From Alphaproteobacteria bacterium (lineage in GTDB: Bacteria > Pseudomonadota > Alphaproteobacteria > UBA828), in contig OZ241738.1 of assembly GCA_965200925.1 (NCBI GenBank), forward strand, positions 2,507,965 to 2,571,964: a stretch of DNA of 64,000 nt. Direction: 5' to 3'. The notes under the pieces are model-generated. The model worked only from the letters and a program-made list of their open reading frames with translations. It ran no database searches and was not told where the DNA came from. Each line of letters begins with the position of its first letter. Position 1 is the stretch's first letter. Made by a program: the position numbers and the translations under genes. Below are positions 29,228 through 39,933 of the stretch, in pieces.

Positions 29228-30256
29228 ATGAAACTCAGAAACATTGCCGGTGCCATTGCGGCAGCCGGTGCGCTGGTGGTCGCCGGGGCGATACCGGCCC
29301 AGGCGGCGACCCTCGACGACGTGAAGGCGGCCGGCACCCTCAAATGCGGCATCAACACCGGCCTGCCGGGCTTCGCCTTCACCGACGACGATGGCAACTG
29401 GACGGGCTTCGACGTTGCCTACTGCAAGGCGCTCGCCGCCGCCGTCCTGGGCGATTCGGGCAAGATCTCCTACGTCAACCTGACCGGCAAGAACCGCTTC
29501 CCGGCGCTGGCCTCGGGCGAGGTCGATGTGCTGTCGCGCAACACCACCTGGACCCTCTCGCGCGACGTCGACCTGGGCTTCACCTTCATCGGCGTCAATT
29601 ACTACGACGGCCAGGGCTTCATCGGCCGCAGGTCCCTGGGCGTGACCAGCGCCGGGGAACTCGACGGCGCGTCGATCTGTATCCAGACCGGCACCACCAC
29701 CGAGCTCAACCTTGCGGACTTCTTCCGCACCAACAACATCACCTACGAGCCGGTGCCGATCGAGACCAACGCCGAGGCGCGCGCCGCCTACGAGGCGGAG
29801 CGTTGCGACGTCTACACCACGGACGCCTCGGGCCTCGCCGCGACCAAGACGACCTTCGCCGACGCCGACGCGCACATGGTGTTCCCGGAGATCATCTCCA
29901 AGGAGCCGCTGGGGCCGCTGGTGCGCCAGGGCGACGATCAGTGGGCCGACATCGCGCGTTGGGTGCTGAACGTGCTGATCAGCGCCGAGGAACTCGGCGT
30001 GACCCAGGCCAACGTCATGGAGATGGCCAAGGGCACCGACAATCCGGAGGTGAACCGGATGCTGGGCTCCGAGGGCTCGATGGGCGAGATGCTGGGCCTC
30101 GACGCGCAATGGGCCGTCCGCGCCATCGCGGCCGAGGGCAACTACGCGGAGATCTTCGACCGCTACGTGGGCCCCGACACGCCGCTCGGCTTGGCGCGCG
30201 GCCTCAACGCGCTCTACAAGGACGGCGGCATCCTCTATTCGCCCCCGATCCGTTAG
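29228..30256 (+). CDS. aapJ: General L-amino acid ABC transporter substrate-binding protein
   Basis: Signal peptide, GFDVAYC, LSRNTTWT, YYDGQGF, ISKEPLGP, GILYSPPIR. Confidence 0.93.
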   Translation: MKLRNIAGAIAAAGALVVAGAIPAQAATLDDVKAAGTLKCGINTGLPGFAFTDDDGNWTGFDVAYCKALAAAVLGDSGKISYVNLTGKNRFPALASGEVDVLSRNTTWTLSRDVDLGFTFIGVNYYDGQGFIGRRSLGVTSAGELDGASICIQTGTTTELNLADFFRTNNITYEPVPIETNAEARAAYEAERCDVYTTDASGLAATKTTFADADAHMVFPEIISKEPLGPLVRQGDDQWADIARWVLNVLISAEELGVTQANVMEMAKGTDNPEVNRMLGSEGSMGEMLGLDAQWAVRAIAAEGNYAEIFDRYVGPDTPLGLARGLNALYKDGGILYSPPIR

Positions 30257-30332
30257 CGTCCGCGCCATGGCCGTCCTGCCCGGCGGCGCGCCGGGCAGGA
30301 CGGCGCCGCGGCCGGCCGCGTAGGGCGGCAGG

Positions 30333-31517
30333 GTGGCCAGGACCGCGACCGCCGGGGGCGGGTTCGATGTCGGCCGCGCGTGGACGGACGAACGCGCCCG
30401 GGGCGCGCTCTTCCAGATCCTGCTGGTGGTGGCGCTGGCGCTCCTGATCGCCTTCGTCGTCTCCAACACCATCGCCAACCTGCAACGCGCCGGCCTCGCC
30501 TCGGGCTATGGCTTCCTGCTTGACACCGCCTCCTTCGACATCAACCAGCGGCTCGTCGAGTACTCGTCCACCTCCACTTACGGACGCGCCTTCATCGTCG
30601 GCGGCGCCAACACCGTCCTCGTCGCCGCGATGGGCATCGCGGCCGCCACGCTCATCGGCTTCGTGGCCGGAGTCCTGCGGCTCTCCAACAACTTCCTGAT
30701 CAGCCGCACAGCGGCGGTCTATGTCGAATTCACCCGCAACGTCCCGGTGCTGCTCCAGATCATCTTCTGGTGGCTCATCATGCTGGCGCTGCCGCCGGTG
30801 CGCGACAGTCTCGCCATCGGCGATTCAGTCTTCCTCAACAACCGCGGCGTGCGCGTGCCCGCGCCGATCTTCGAGGAAGGTTCGGCGATCGTGCTGGCGG
30901 CGATCCTGGCAGGCATCGCCGGGACCTTCGTCGTCTCCCGCTGGGCCAGGCGGCGCCAGGACGCGACGGGGCGGCCCTTCCCCGTCGGCTGGACCGGCCT
31001 CGGGCTGATCGTCGGCATGCCGCTGGCGGTCTATTTCATCCTCGGCCAACCGCTCGATTTCGACCGGCCCGTCCCCCAGCGCTTCAACCTGAAGGGCGGC
31101 CTGAACGTCACGCCGGAACTGGTGGCGCTATGGGTGGCGCTCTCCACCTATACCGGCGCCTTCATCTCGGAAATCGTCCGCGCCGGCATCCTCTCGGTCT
31201 CCAAGGGGCAGACGGAAGCGGCCGGCGCGCTTGGCCTGCGGCGCGGGCTGACGATGCGCAAGATCATCCTGCCCCAGGCCCTGCGGGTGATCATCCCGCC
31301 GATGACCAGCCAGTATCTCAACCTGACCAAGAATTCCTCGCTCGCCGTCGCCATCGGCTACCAGGACATCGTCTCGATCGGCGACACCATCCTGAACCAG
31401 AGCGGCCAGGCACTGGAGGTGATCTCGATCTACATGGCCTTCTACCTGGTGCTGAGCCTGCTCACCTCGGCCTTCATGAACTGGTACAACAAGCGCATCG
31501 CGCTGGTGGAGCGATGA
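30333..31517 (+). CDS. aapQ: Amino acid ABC transporter permease
   Basis: YVEFTRNVP, EIVRAGILSV.KGQTEAA, NLTKNSSLA. Confidence 0.92.
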   Translation: MARTATAGGGFDVGRAWTDERARGALFQILLVVALALLIAFVVSNTIANLQRAGLASGYGFLLDTASFDINQRLVEYSSTSTYGRAFIVGGANTVLVAAMGIAAATLIGFVAGVLRLSNNFLISRTAAVYVEFTRNVPVLLQIIFWWLIMLALPPVRDSLAIGDSVFLNNRGVRVPAPIFEEGSAIVLAAILAGIAGTFVVSRWARRRQDATGRPFPVGWTGLGLIVGMPLAVYFILGQPLDFDRPVPQRFNLKGGLNVTPELVALWVALSTYTGAFISEIVRAGILSVSKGQTEAAGALGLRRGLTMRKIILPQALRVIIPPMTSQYLNLTKNSSLAVAIGYQDIVSIGDTILNQSGQALEVISIYMAFYLVLSLLTSAFMNWYNKRIALVER

Positions 31518-32629
31518 CGGCGCGGCCCTTCCATCGCGCCCAGGCGGAGATGCTGCCCGCGCGTCCGCCGCCCATCGCCAGCGTGGGGCCGCTCGGCTGG
31601 CTGCGGGCCAACCTGTTCTCCAGCCCCTGGAATGCCGCGCTGACGCTGGCGGCGCTCGGCCTGCTGTGGCTGATCGTGCCGCCGTTGATCGACTGGGCGT
31701 TCATCGACGCCGACTTCACCGGCGCCAGCGGCGCCGAATGTACCGAGGCGGGCGCCTGCTGGGCCTGGCTGGACCAACGCATCGAGCAGTTCCTTTACGG
31801 CTTCTACCCGGCCGACGCCTACTGGCGGGTCAACCTCTCGGTCGCCCTGCTGGTGCCGGCGCTCGCCTACCTGTTGTTCGGCGACAGGCTGCCCTTCGCC
31901 CGCCAGGGGCGCTGGTTCTCGCTCGCCTATCCGGTGATCGCGGCGTTCCTGCTGGTCGGCGGGCTCGGCCTCGAAGGCGTGACCACGGACAAGTTCGGCG
32001 GCTTCATGCTCAATCTGGTCGCCGGCTTGACAGGGATCGTGCTGTCGCTGCCGATCGGCATCCTGCTGGCGTTGGGCCGGCGCTCGCGCCTGCCGGCGGT
32101 GCGCATCTTCTCGGTGGCCTTCATCGAATTCATCCGCGGCGTGCCGCTGATCACCCTGCTGTTCGTCGCCATCGTCATCCTCCAGCTCTTCCTGCCGCCG
32201 GAGGTCTCGCTCGATCAGCTCGTGCGCGTGATGATCATGATCACGCTGTTCGCCTCCGCCTACATGGCCGAGGTGATCCGCGGCGGCTTGCAGGCGATCC
32301 CACAGGGCCAATACGAGGCCGCGCAGGCGATGGGCCTGAGCTACTGGCGGTCGATGCGGCTGGTGATCCTGCCGCAGGCGCTGAAGATTTCCATTCCGGG
32401 CATCGTCAACACCTTCATCGGCCTGTTCAAGGACACCACGCTGGTCATCATCATCGGCCTGTTCGACATTCTGGGCCAGGCACGTCTGCTGCAAACCAAC
32501 CCGGACTGGCTGGGCAAGGTGGACTACGAGACTTTCGTGCTGGCGGCGCTGTTCTTCTTCGTCATCTGCTTCGGCATGTCGCGCTATTCGATCAACCTCG
32601 AAAAGCGCCTGGACACGACGAAACGTTAG
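31514..32629 (+). CDS. aapM: Amino acid ABC transporter permease
   Basis: [43 protein letters not shown]; ATGA overlap with aapQ. Confidence 0.92.
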   Translation: MTARPFHRAQAEMLPARPPPIASVGPLGWLRANLFSSPWNAALTLAALGLLWLIVPPLIDWAFIDADFTGASGAECTEAGACWAWLDQRIEQFLYGFYPADAYWRVNLSVALLVPALAYLLFGDRLPFARQGRWFSLAYPVIAAFLLVGGLGLEGVTTDKFGGFMLNLVAGLTGIVLSLPIGILLALGRRSRLPAVRIFSVAFIEFIRGVPLITLLFVAIVILQLFLPPEVSLDQLVRVMIMITLFASAYMAEVIRGGLQAIPQGQYEAAQAMGLSYWRSMRLVILPQALKISIPGIVNTFIGLFKDTTLVIIIGLFDILGQARLLQTNPDWLGKVDYETFVLAALFFFVICFGMSRYSINLEKRLDTTKR

Positions 32630-32639
32630 GGAGGCGCCC

Positions 32640-33410
32640 ATGCGGGCGGACGAAACGGACGCGGCGGACGGGGAAGAGCCGATCATCCGCATCACCGGCC
32701 TCAACAAGTGGTTCGGGCCGTTCCACGTGCTGCGCGACATCGACCTCGAGATCGCCCGCCGGGAGCGCATCGTCATCTGCGGGCCCTCGGGCTCCGGCAA
32801 ATCGACGCTGATCCGCTGCGTCAACCGCCTGGAGGCCTACCAGGAGGGCCGGATCGTCGTCGACGGCACGGAGCTGACGAACAACCTGAAGAATATCGAT
32901 GCCATCCGCCGCGAGGTCGGCATGGTTTTCCAGCAGTTCAATCTGTTCCCGCACCTGACGGTGCTGGAGAACTGTACGCTGGCGCCGATCTGGGTGCGCA
33001 AGATGCCGAAGGCGGAGGCCCGGCGCATCGCCATGGAGTATCTCGAACGGGTGCGCATCCCCGAGCAGGCGGACAAATATCCCGGCCAGCTCTCAGGCGG
33101 CCAGCAGCAGCGCGTGGCGATCGCGCGCTCGCTGTGTATGCGGCCCACCATCATGCTGTTCGACGAGCCGACATCGGCGCTCGATCCGGAGATGATCAAG
33201 GAGGTGCTCGAGGTCATGGTCGATCTCGCCGAGAGCGGCATGACCATGCTCGTGGTGACGCACGAGATGGGTTTCGCCTCGCAGGTGGCTGACCGCGTGA
33301 TCTTCATGGACGCCGGCCAGATCGTCGAGCAGAACACGCCGGACGAGTTCTTCAACAACCCCCAATCCGACCGCACCAAGCTGTTCCTGGGCCAGATCCT
33401 CTCGCACTGA
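32640..33410 (+). CDS. aapP: Amino acid ABC transporter ATP-binding protein
   Basis: [28 protein letters not shown]. Confidence 0.95.
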   Translation: MRADETDAADGEEPIIRITGLNKWFGPFHVLRDIDLEIARRERIVICGPSGSGKSTLIRCVNRLEAYQEGRIVVDGTELTNNLKNIDAIRREVGMVFQQFNLFPHLTVLENCTLAPIWVRKMPKAEARRIAMEYLERVRIPEQADKYPGQLSGGQQQRVAIARSLCMRPTIMLFDEPTSALDPEMIKEVLEVMVDLAESGMTMLVVTHEMGFASQVADRVIFMDAGQIVEQNTPDEFFNNPQSDRTKLFLGQILSH

Positions 33411-33438
33411 CCCCGGCCGCGCGCACCGAAAGACGGAG

Positions 33439-34059
33439 CTATGCCTCCATGAGGACGTCGTGGGCGAGGCGGGTCACGACGGAATCGAGGCCTTCGCCGC
33501 TGCGGCAGTTGGTGACCAGCACGGGCCTGCCCGCACGCACCGCCTCCGCCTCCCGCCGCATCGCCGGGAGGTCGACGCCAACATGGGGCGCCAAGTCGCT
33601 CTTGTTGACGATCAGCAGGTCCGCCCGCACGACGCCCGGGCCCTTCTTGCGCGGGATGTCGCCGCCGCCCGAGACGTCGATCACGAACAGCCAGTAATCG
33701 ACCAGATCGAGGGAGAAGGTGGAGGCGAGGTTGTCGCCGCCGCTCTCGATCAGGATCAGGTCGAGCGGGCGCAGGCGTTCCTCCAGGCGGTCGGCCGCCT
33801 CGATGTTGAGGGTGGGATCCTCGCGGATCACGGTGTGCGGGCAGGCGCCCGCCTCCACGCCGACCACGCGGTCGGGCGCGATCAGGCCGCCGCGCCGGAG
33901 CCGCTCGGCGTCCTCGCGGGTGACGAGATCGTTGGTCACGACGGCGAGCGAGGTGCCGCGGGCGGCGAAGAGCGGCAGCAGCCCCTCGATGAGGGCGGTC
34001 TTGCCCGAGCCGACCGGCCCGCCGATCCCGACCCGCGCGCAGATCGCACCTTCCGTCAC
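33439..34059 (-). CDS. ureG: Urease accessory GTPase
   Basis: [35 protein letters not shown]. Confidence 0.92.
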   Translation of the reverse strand: MTEGAICARVGIGGPVGSGKTALIEGLLPLFAARGTSLAVVTNDLVTREDAERLRRGGLIAPDRVVGVEAGACPHTVIREDPTLNIEAADRLEERLRPLDLILIESGGDNLASTFSLDLVDYWLFVIDVSGGGDIPRKKGPGVVRADLLIVNKSDLAPHVGVDLPAMRREAEAVRAGRPVLVTNCRSGEGLDSVVTRLAHDVLMEA

Positions 34060-34514
34060 CCGCTCCCCCGCTCCTCGACCAGCCGCGCGCGGCCGTCTGC
34101 GAGATGGGCTTCGAGGCGTGCCATGTAGCTCTCCCGCGCGCCATCCAGCGCCACTTCGAGAAGGGCACCCCGGAAGCGCACGCGCCAGTGCAGGTTCCCG
34201 CAGAAGTAGCCGAGATCGAGCGCCGCCGCTACGTCCCGCGGCGCGAGCGCGAGCCATGTCGTCTCGCGCATGCGGACGACCACGGCGCGTTCCTCCTCCA
34301 GAAGGAGCACCGCGCCGTCGGCCAGACGCTGCGCACGCGGGAGCGCGACCGCGCAATCGGTGCCCTTGTCCGTCTCTACCCGCAGACGCCGGCGCGCCGT
34401 GTCGGCCGCGTCGAGGGCGATGTACTCGACGCGGCCTTCATGGCCCAGCGCATGGAGCTTGTCCGCGAACGCGGCATCGCCCGCACGGCCCAGGATCCGG
34501 TTCAGACGCAACAT
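34056..34514 (-). CDS. ureE: Urease accessory nickel chaperone UreE-like
   Basis: [28 protein letters not shown]; GTGA overlap with ureG. Confidence 0.82.
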   Translation of the reverse strand: MLRLNRILGRAGDAAFADKLHALGHEGRVEYIALDAADTARRRLRVETDKGTDCAVALPRAQRLADGAVLLLEEERAVVVRMRETTWLALAPRDVAAALDLGYFCGNLHWRVRFRGALLEVALDGARESYMARLEAHLADGRARLVEERGSG

Positions 34515-34660
34515 CGCCCGGAGCGCCTCCCTCGCCAGCCCCAAGCTTACGGCCGTTCCCGCCGCCGGCAAGGGTGGGGCGAATGAATCCGTGAACCGCC
34601 GTTCTTTTTGGGGTAAGTAGAGGGCGCGCGAACGCGCCGCGTCGAACGGGGAGGAAGCTC

Positions 34661-35533
34661 GTGACCGATCTGCGATACGAGGCGCCGGAGACGGTGGAGA
34701 CCGCAGTCCGGCTCCTCGCCGAGGCGGATGGCGCGGCCAGGGCACTGGCCGGCGGCACCGACCTCCTGGTCCAGCTGCGCACCGACGTGGTGCGCCCCGC
34801 GCTCATCGTCGACTTGAAGCGCATCCCGGCGCTGATGAGCGTAGAGGCGGACGAGGGCAGCTTCCGAATCGGCGCCGCCGTGTCGGGTGCCGTGCTCGGC
34901 AGGAACGCCGCCGTCAAGGCGGCGTGGCCGGGCGTGGTCGAGGCGCTGGAACTGATCGGCTCGACCCAGATCCAGGGCCGCGCCTCGCTCGGTGGCAATT
35001 TGTGCAACGGCTCGCCCGCGGCCGACGCCGTCCCGGCGTTGATCGCCGCCGGCGCGACCTGCGAGGTGGCCGGCCCTGGCGGCACGCGCTCCGTGCCGGT
35101 AGAGGATGTGGTCACGGGGCCCGGCAGACTCTCCCTCGGCAAGGGCGAAATCGTGGTGTCGTTCGTCCTGCCCAAGCCGCCGCGGCGCTCGGGCGACGCC
35201 TATCTCCGATTCATTCCGCGGACCGAGATGGATATCGCCGTGGTCGGTGCCGGCATCGCGCTCGCCCTGGACGAGGCAGGCGTCTGCACCCATGCGCGGC
35301 TCGGCCTGGGCGCGGTCGCGCCGACGCCGCTGCTGGTCGAGGCGGGGGCGAAGGCGCTGATCGGTGGTGCCGTGGACGAGGCCGCGCTGACGCGCCTCGC
35401 CACCGCCGCCAGCGCCGCCTGCGACCCGATCGACGACAAGCGCGGAACGGTCGAATACCGCATCAGGGTGGCAGGGGTGCTGGCGCGGCGCGCGGCGCTC
35501 GCCGCCCTCGAACGCGCGAGGAAGAAGCGATGA
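34661..35533 (+). CDS. Xanthine/CO dehydrogenase family FAD-binding subunit (CoxM-like)
   Basis: ALAGGTDL, QIQGRASLGGNLCNGSPAAD, PIDDKRGTVEYR. Confidence 0.93.
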   Translation: MTDLRYEAPETVETAVRLLAEADGAARALAGGTDLLVQLRTDVVRPALIVDLKRIPALMSVEADEGSFRIGAAVSGAVLGRNAAVKAAWPGVVEALELIGSTQIQGRASLGGNLCNGSPAADAVPALIAAGATCEVAGPGGTRSVPVEDVVTGPGRLSLGKGEIVVSFVLPKPPRRSGDAYLRFIPRTEMDIAVVGAGIALALDEAGVCTHARLGLGAVAPTPLLVEAGAKALIGGAVDEAALTRLATAASAACDPIDDKRGTVEYRIRVAGVLARRAALAALERARKKR

Positions 35534-36036
35534 CGAAATACCACGTCTCCGCGACGGTCAACGGCGAGCCGGTGGAATTCCTCTGTTCGGCCGAGCAGAC
35601 CCTGCTCGATGTCCTCCGCGACGAGCTCGACCTGACCGGCACCAAGGAGGGCTGCGCCACGGGCGATTGCGGCGCGTGCAGCGTGACCGTGGACGGACGG
35701 CTGGTCTGCGCCTGCCTGATGCTGGGTGCCGAGGCCCAAGGCCGCGCGATCGGCACCATCGAGGGCATGGCCGAGGGCGACAGGCTGCACCCGTTGCAAC
35801 AGCGGTTCCTCGAGGACGCGGCGCTGCAATGCGGCGTCTGCACGCCGGGCTTCCTGGTCGCGGCGAAGGCGTTGCTCGACGAGAACCCCGACCCGACGGA
35901 GACGGAGGCCCGTTATTGGCTGGCCGGGAACCTCTGCCGATGCACCGGGTACGACAAGATCATCCGCGCCGTGATGACGGTCGCGCGTTCACGCGCGCAA
36001 GGCCGCACGACGGCCGCCGAGGCGAGAGGAGAATAG
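35530..36036 (+). CDS. Xanthine/CO dehydrogenase family 2Fe-2S subunit (CoxS-like)
   Basis: GTKEGCATGDCGAC, QCGVCTPG, GNLCRCTGY. Confidence 0.94.
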   Translation: MTKYHVSATVNGEPVEFLCSAEQTLLDVLRDELDLTGTKEGCATGDCGACSVTVDGRLVCACLMLGAEAQGRAIGTIEGMAEGDRLHPLQQRFLEDAALQCGVCTPGFLVAAKALLDENPDPTETEARYWLAGNLCRCTGYDKIIRAVMTVARSRAQGRTTAAEARGE

Positions 36037-36039
36037 ACC

Positions 36040-38328
36040 ATGGCAACCGTCCAACGGGACGCCCGCAACGGAAACGGTTCGCTCAAATACGTCGGCACGC
36101 GCCACGTCCGCCCGGACGGCGTGGACAAGGTCACCGGGCGGGCCAAATTCGGCGCCGATTTCTCGCTCCCCGGGATGCTGGCAGGCCAGGTTCTGCGAAG
36201 CCCGCATGCGCACGCGCGCATCCGCGCCATCGATACGTCGAAGGCGCGCGCGCTCCCCGGCGTGAAGGCGGTGGTGACCCGCGACGAGATGCCGGAAGTC
36301 CCCTCCCAGTGGGTGCCGGCCGGCGAGGTGCAGGTGAATTTCCGCGACATGTCGGAGAACGTCATGGCGCGCGGCAAGGCGCTCTATGACGGCCACGCGG
36401 TGGCGGCGGTGGCGGCGACCACGGCGGCCATCGCCAAGCGGGCGCTGACGCTGATCGAGGTCGACTATGAAGTGCTGCCGCACGTGATCGACGTGCAGGA
36501 GGCGATGAAGCCGGACGCCCCCCTGCTCCACGAGGACATGATCACGGAAGGCGTCGAGCCGGCGCCCGACAAGCCCTCCAACGTCTTCAAGAAGGTCAAA
36601 TTCGAGAGCGGTGACATCACGGCCGGCTTCGCGGCCGCCGACGCGGTCGTCGAGCGCACGTTCACCACAAAGCCGGTCCACCAGGGCTATATCGAGCCCC
36701 ACGCGGTGGTCGCGAGCGCGGGCGAGGATGGCCAGTGCCAGCTTTGGTGCACGACCCAGGGGCAGTTCACCGTGCGCGCTTATTGCGCCAACCTGCTCGG
36801 CATGGACTTGGCGGACATCCGGGTCACGCCATCCGAGATCGGCGGCGGATTCGGCGGCAAGACGGTCGTTTATCTCGAGCCGGTCGCGCTCAGGCTGTCG
36901 CAGCTCGCGGGCCGGCCGGTCAAGATGGTGATGTCCCGCGAGGAAGTGTTCCGCGCCAGCGGCCCCACCTCTGGCGGTGCGGTGAAGATCAAGATGGGTG
37001 CCACGAAGGACGGCAGGATCACCGCCGCCCAGGCTTGGCTCGCTTACCAGGCGGGGGCCTTTCCCGGCTCGCCGATCCAGCCCGGCTGCATGTGCGTGTT
37101 CGCGCCCTACGACATCGAGAACGCCGAGGTGGTGGGCTATGACGTGGTGGTGAACCGCCCGAAGGTCGCGGCCTACCGCGCGCCGGGCGCGCCGATCTCC
37201 GAGTTCGCGGCCGAGGCCGTGATCGACGAGCTCGCCAAGACGCTCGCCATCGACCCCGCGGAGTTCCGCATCCGGAACGCGGCCAGGGAGGGGACGCGCG
37301 CGCTCTACGGCCCGAAATTCGGCCCCATCGGCTGCGTCGAAACTTTGGAGGCCGCCCGCGACAGCGACCATTACAAAGCGCCACTCGGGCCGAACCAGGG
37401 GCGCGGCATCGCCACCGGCTTCTGGTTCAACATCGGCGGTGAATCCTGCGCCACCATCAACATCACCGAAGACGGCACGGCGACGGTGGTCGAGGGCAAC
37501 CCGGACATCGGCGGCTCGCGCGCCTCGATCCAGCTCATGGCGGCGGAGGCCCTGGGGATCGCGCCCGACAAGGTGCGGCCGCTGGTCGCCGACACGAGTT
37601 CGATCGGCTATACCTTCCTCACCGGCGGCAGCCGCGTCACCTTCGCCACCGGCATGGCGGTTGTCGAGGCGGCCGGCCAAGTGGTGCAAGAGCTGCGGGC
37701 GCGGGCGGCAAAGATCTGGGAGATCCCGGTCGAGGCGGTCGTCTGGGAGGAAGGCCAAGCCAAGCCCGCGGGCAGCAATGCCGGCGCGTTCGAACCCATG
37801 AGCCTGGCCGAGATCGCGGCCCAGGCCGGCAAGACCGGAGGGCCGATCACGGCAACCGCCTCGATCAACGCGCAGGGCGCGGGGCCGGGCTTCGGCACCC
37901 ATGTGTGCGACGTCGAGGTCGACAAGGAGACGGGCCGGGTCACCGTCTTGCGCTATACCGCCGTGCAGGACGCCGGCCGCGCGGTGCATCCGAGCTACGT
38001 CGAGGGCCAGATACAGGGCGGCGCCGCGCAGGGCATCGGCTGGGCGCTGAACGAGGAGTACATCTACGACGAACAGGGGCGCCTCGAGAATCCGGGCTTC
38101 CTCGACTACCGGATGCCGGTGGCCTCCGACCTGCCGATGATCGACACGGTGATCGTCGAGGTGCCGAACCCGAACCACCCCTACGGGGTGCGCGGGGTCG
38201 GCGAGGTGCCGATCGTCCCGCCGATGGCGGCGGTCGCGAACGCGGTGGAGAACGCCACCGGCCTGCGCATGACCGACCTGCCGATCTCGCCGCCGCGCCT
38301 GCTCGCCGCGCTCGACAACGGCGGCTGA
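36040..38328 (+). CDS. Xanthine dehydrogenase family molybdopterin-binding subunit
   Basis: KVTGRA, RSPHAHA, HQGYIEP, GGGFGGK, AYRAPG, GQIQGG, RGVGE. Confidence 0.93.
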   Translation: MATVQRDARNGNGSLKYVGTRHVRPDGVDKVTGRAKFGADFSLPGMLAGQVLRSPHAHARIRAIDTSKARALPGVKAVVTRDEMPEVPSQWVPAGEVQVNFRDMSENVMARGKALYDGHAVAAVAATTAAIAKRALTLIEVDYEVLPHVIDVQEAMKPDAPLLHEDMITEGVEPAPDKPSNVFKKVKFESGDITAGFAAADAVVERTFTTKPVHQGYIEPHAVVASAGEDGQCQLWCTTQGQFTVRAYCANLLGMDLADIRVTPSEIGGGFGGKTVVYLEPVALRLSQLAGRPVKMVMSREEVFRASGPTSGGAVKIKMGATKDGRITAAQAWLAYQAGAFPGSPIQPGCMCVFAPYDIENAEVVGYDVVVNRPKVAAYRAPGAPISEFAAEAVIDELAKTLAIDPAEFRIRNAAREGTRALYGPKFGPIGCVETLEAARDSDHYKAPLGPNQGRGIATGFWFNIGGESCATINITEDGTATVVEGNPDIGGSRASIQLMAAEALGIAPDKVRPLVADTSSIGYTFLTGGSRVTFATGMAVVEAAGQVVQELRARAAKIWEIPVEAVVWEEGQAKPAGSNAGAFEPMSLAEIAAQAGKTGGPITATASINAQGAGPGFGTHVCDVEVDKETGRVTVLRYTAVQDAGRAVHPSYVEGQIQGGAAQGIGWALNEEYIYDEQGRLENPGFLDYRMPVASDLPMIDTVIVEVPNPNHPYGVRGVGEVPIVPPMAAVANAVENATGLRMTDLPISPPRLLAALDNGG

Positions 38329-38364
38329 GGCCCGGGCCCGCCGCCTCCGCGGCGTGAAGAAGAC

Positions 38365-39204
38365 ATGAGGCGCGACCGGGAGCCGGTTCTCGCCTGTGAG
38401 GATAATCTGGCCTTTCTGCGCCGGCTGCCGGACGCACGCATAAAGCTCGTCGTCACCTCCCCGCCCTACAATCTCGGGAAGGACTACGAAGCCAGGACTT
38501 CACTGGAGGCTTACGTCGAGGCGCAGCGGCGCGTGGTCGCCGAGTGCGTCCGGCTCCTGCACCCGCGCGGCTCGCTCTGCTGGCAGGTGGGTAACTATGT
38601 CGCGAACGGGGAGATCGCGCCGCTCGACACGATTCTCTACCCCGTGTTCCGGGAGCAGGGGCTGAAGCTCCGCAACCGCATCGTCTGGCACTTCGGTCAC
38701 GGTCTGCATTGCACGAAGCGGCTCTCCGGCCGCTATGAGACGATCAACTGGTGGACGCGAAGCGACGACTACACATGGAATCTGGACAGCATCCGTGTGC
38801 CGTCGAAATACCCTCACAAGCGGCACTTCAAGGGGCCGAACGCCGGCAAGCTCTCCGGCAACCCGAAGGGCAAGAACCCGAGCGACGTGTGGTCGTTCCC
38901 AAACGTCAAGAACAACCACCCGGAGAAGACGATCCACCCGTGCCAGTTCCCAGTCGAACTGGCGGAGCGACTGGTGTTGTCGATGACGGACCCGGGCGAC
39001 GCGGTGCTCGATCCGTATATGGGCGTGGGCAGCACCGTCATCGCCGCCCTGATGCATGACCGCGCGGCCTACGGCTGCGACATCGTTGCCGAATATGTGG
39101 AGATCGCGCGCGAGAGGGTGGAGCGATTGCGCGCAGGCGCCCTCCGCACCCGCCCGATGGGCAAGCCCATCTACGACCCGGCCCTGCCCAGGGGTGGTCA
39201 TTGA
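38365..39204 (+). CDS. Site-specific DNA methyltransferase, beta class (probably N4-cytosine)
   Basis: VTSPPY motif IV precedes HPCQFP and VLDPYMGVGST motif I. Confidence 0.93.
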   Translation: MRRDREPVLACEDNLAFLRRLPDARIKLVVTSPPYNLGKDYEARTSLEAYVEAQRRVVAECVRLLHPRGSLCWQVGNYVANGEIAPLDTILYPVFREQGLKLRNRIVWHFGHGLHCTKRLSGRYETINWWTRSDDYTWNLDSIRVPSKYPHKRHFKGPNAGKLSGNPKGKNPSDVWSFPNVKNNHPEKTIHPCQFPVELAERLVLSMTDPGDAVLDPYMGVGSTVIAALMHDRAAYGCDIVAEYVEIARERVERLRAGALRTRPMGKPIYDPALPRGGH

Positions 39205-39815
39205 TGCGGATCGTCGCTCGCTACTCGCACCTGAATGGCGAAGAATATCTATTGGTGCATCGTCCGACTCTGTGGCAAGAGGTGCAATCCGTGATCCGTG
39301 AGGTCGATGCGGAATCTTGTCGAACCAAGAAGTCGGAAGAGCGGCGTCAAGAAGGCCGATTGCTTTATTCCCCCCGAGATATGAACCGCGCCTTCAAGAC
39401 TGGTCTCGAGAATCGGAAATGGAGCGAGCGCCGCAAGAATTTCTATGTGACGTCTGACGAAAAGCTCATGCGAAACACCCATGGAAAATCGGAGGAAAAC
39501 CAGAAGAAAGCGATCAAGAGAGCCGGATACGAACCAATCATGTCATATAACCAAACCGATTTCGTGAAGGATCGTGTTGCGGTCGAGGTTCAGCTTGGAA
39601 AGTATGCCTTCGTTGCTCACGACCTGTTCGTCAAGCATTTGAGCTTCTATGTTTCAGACATCATCGACGTGGGGATCGAGATACTTCCCATGAAGGAATT
39701 GGAGCGTGAAATGTCGTCGGGTGTGCCATATTATGAACGCGATTTGCTGAACGTCATTCGCCAAGGCAGGGGTGTACCGGCAGTTCCACTCGTACTTGTC
39801 GGTGTCGCACCTTAA
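39204..39815 (+). CDS. BglII/BstYI-family type II restriction endonuclease
   Basis: NQTDFVKDRVAVEVQLGKY, DVGIEILP; lower GC; coupled to the MTase stop. Confidence 0.85.
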   Translation: MRIVARYSHLNGEEYLLVHRPTLWQEVQSVIREVDAESCRTKKSEERRQEGRLLYSPRDMNRAFKTGLENRKWSERRKNFYVTSDEKLMRNTHGKSEENQKKAIKRAGYEPIMSYNQTDFVKDRVAVEVQLGKYAFVAHDLFVKHLSFYVSDIIDVGIEILPMKELEREMSSGVPYYERDLLNVIRQGRGVPAVPLVLVGVAP

Positions 39816-39933
39816 TGCGCTTTCTCGAAAAATTCTGGTTTTTCAAGTCACGCAGCGCGTTGACAGCTTGAATGCACAGCCGCCGGGCCGTACGCGAGCG
39901 GAGCGAGCGCACCGCTCTCTGCTGCACGCCGGC

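Noticed and set aside
39821-39835. TTTC-N7-ATTC as a third LexA box
   Set aside because: Two mismatches and located downstream of convergent genes
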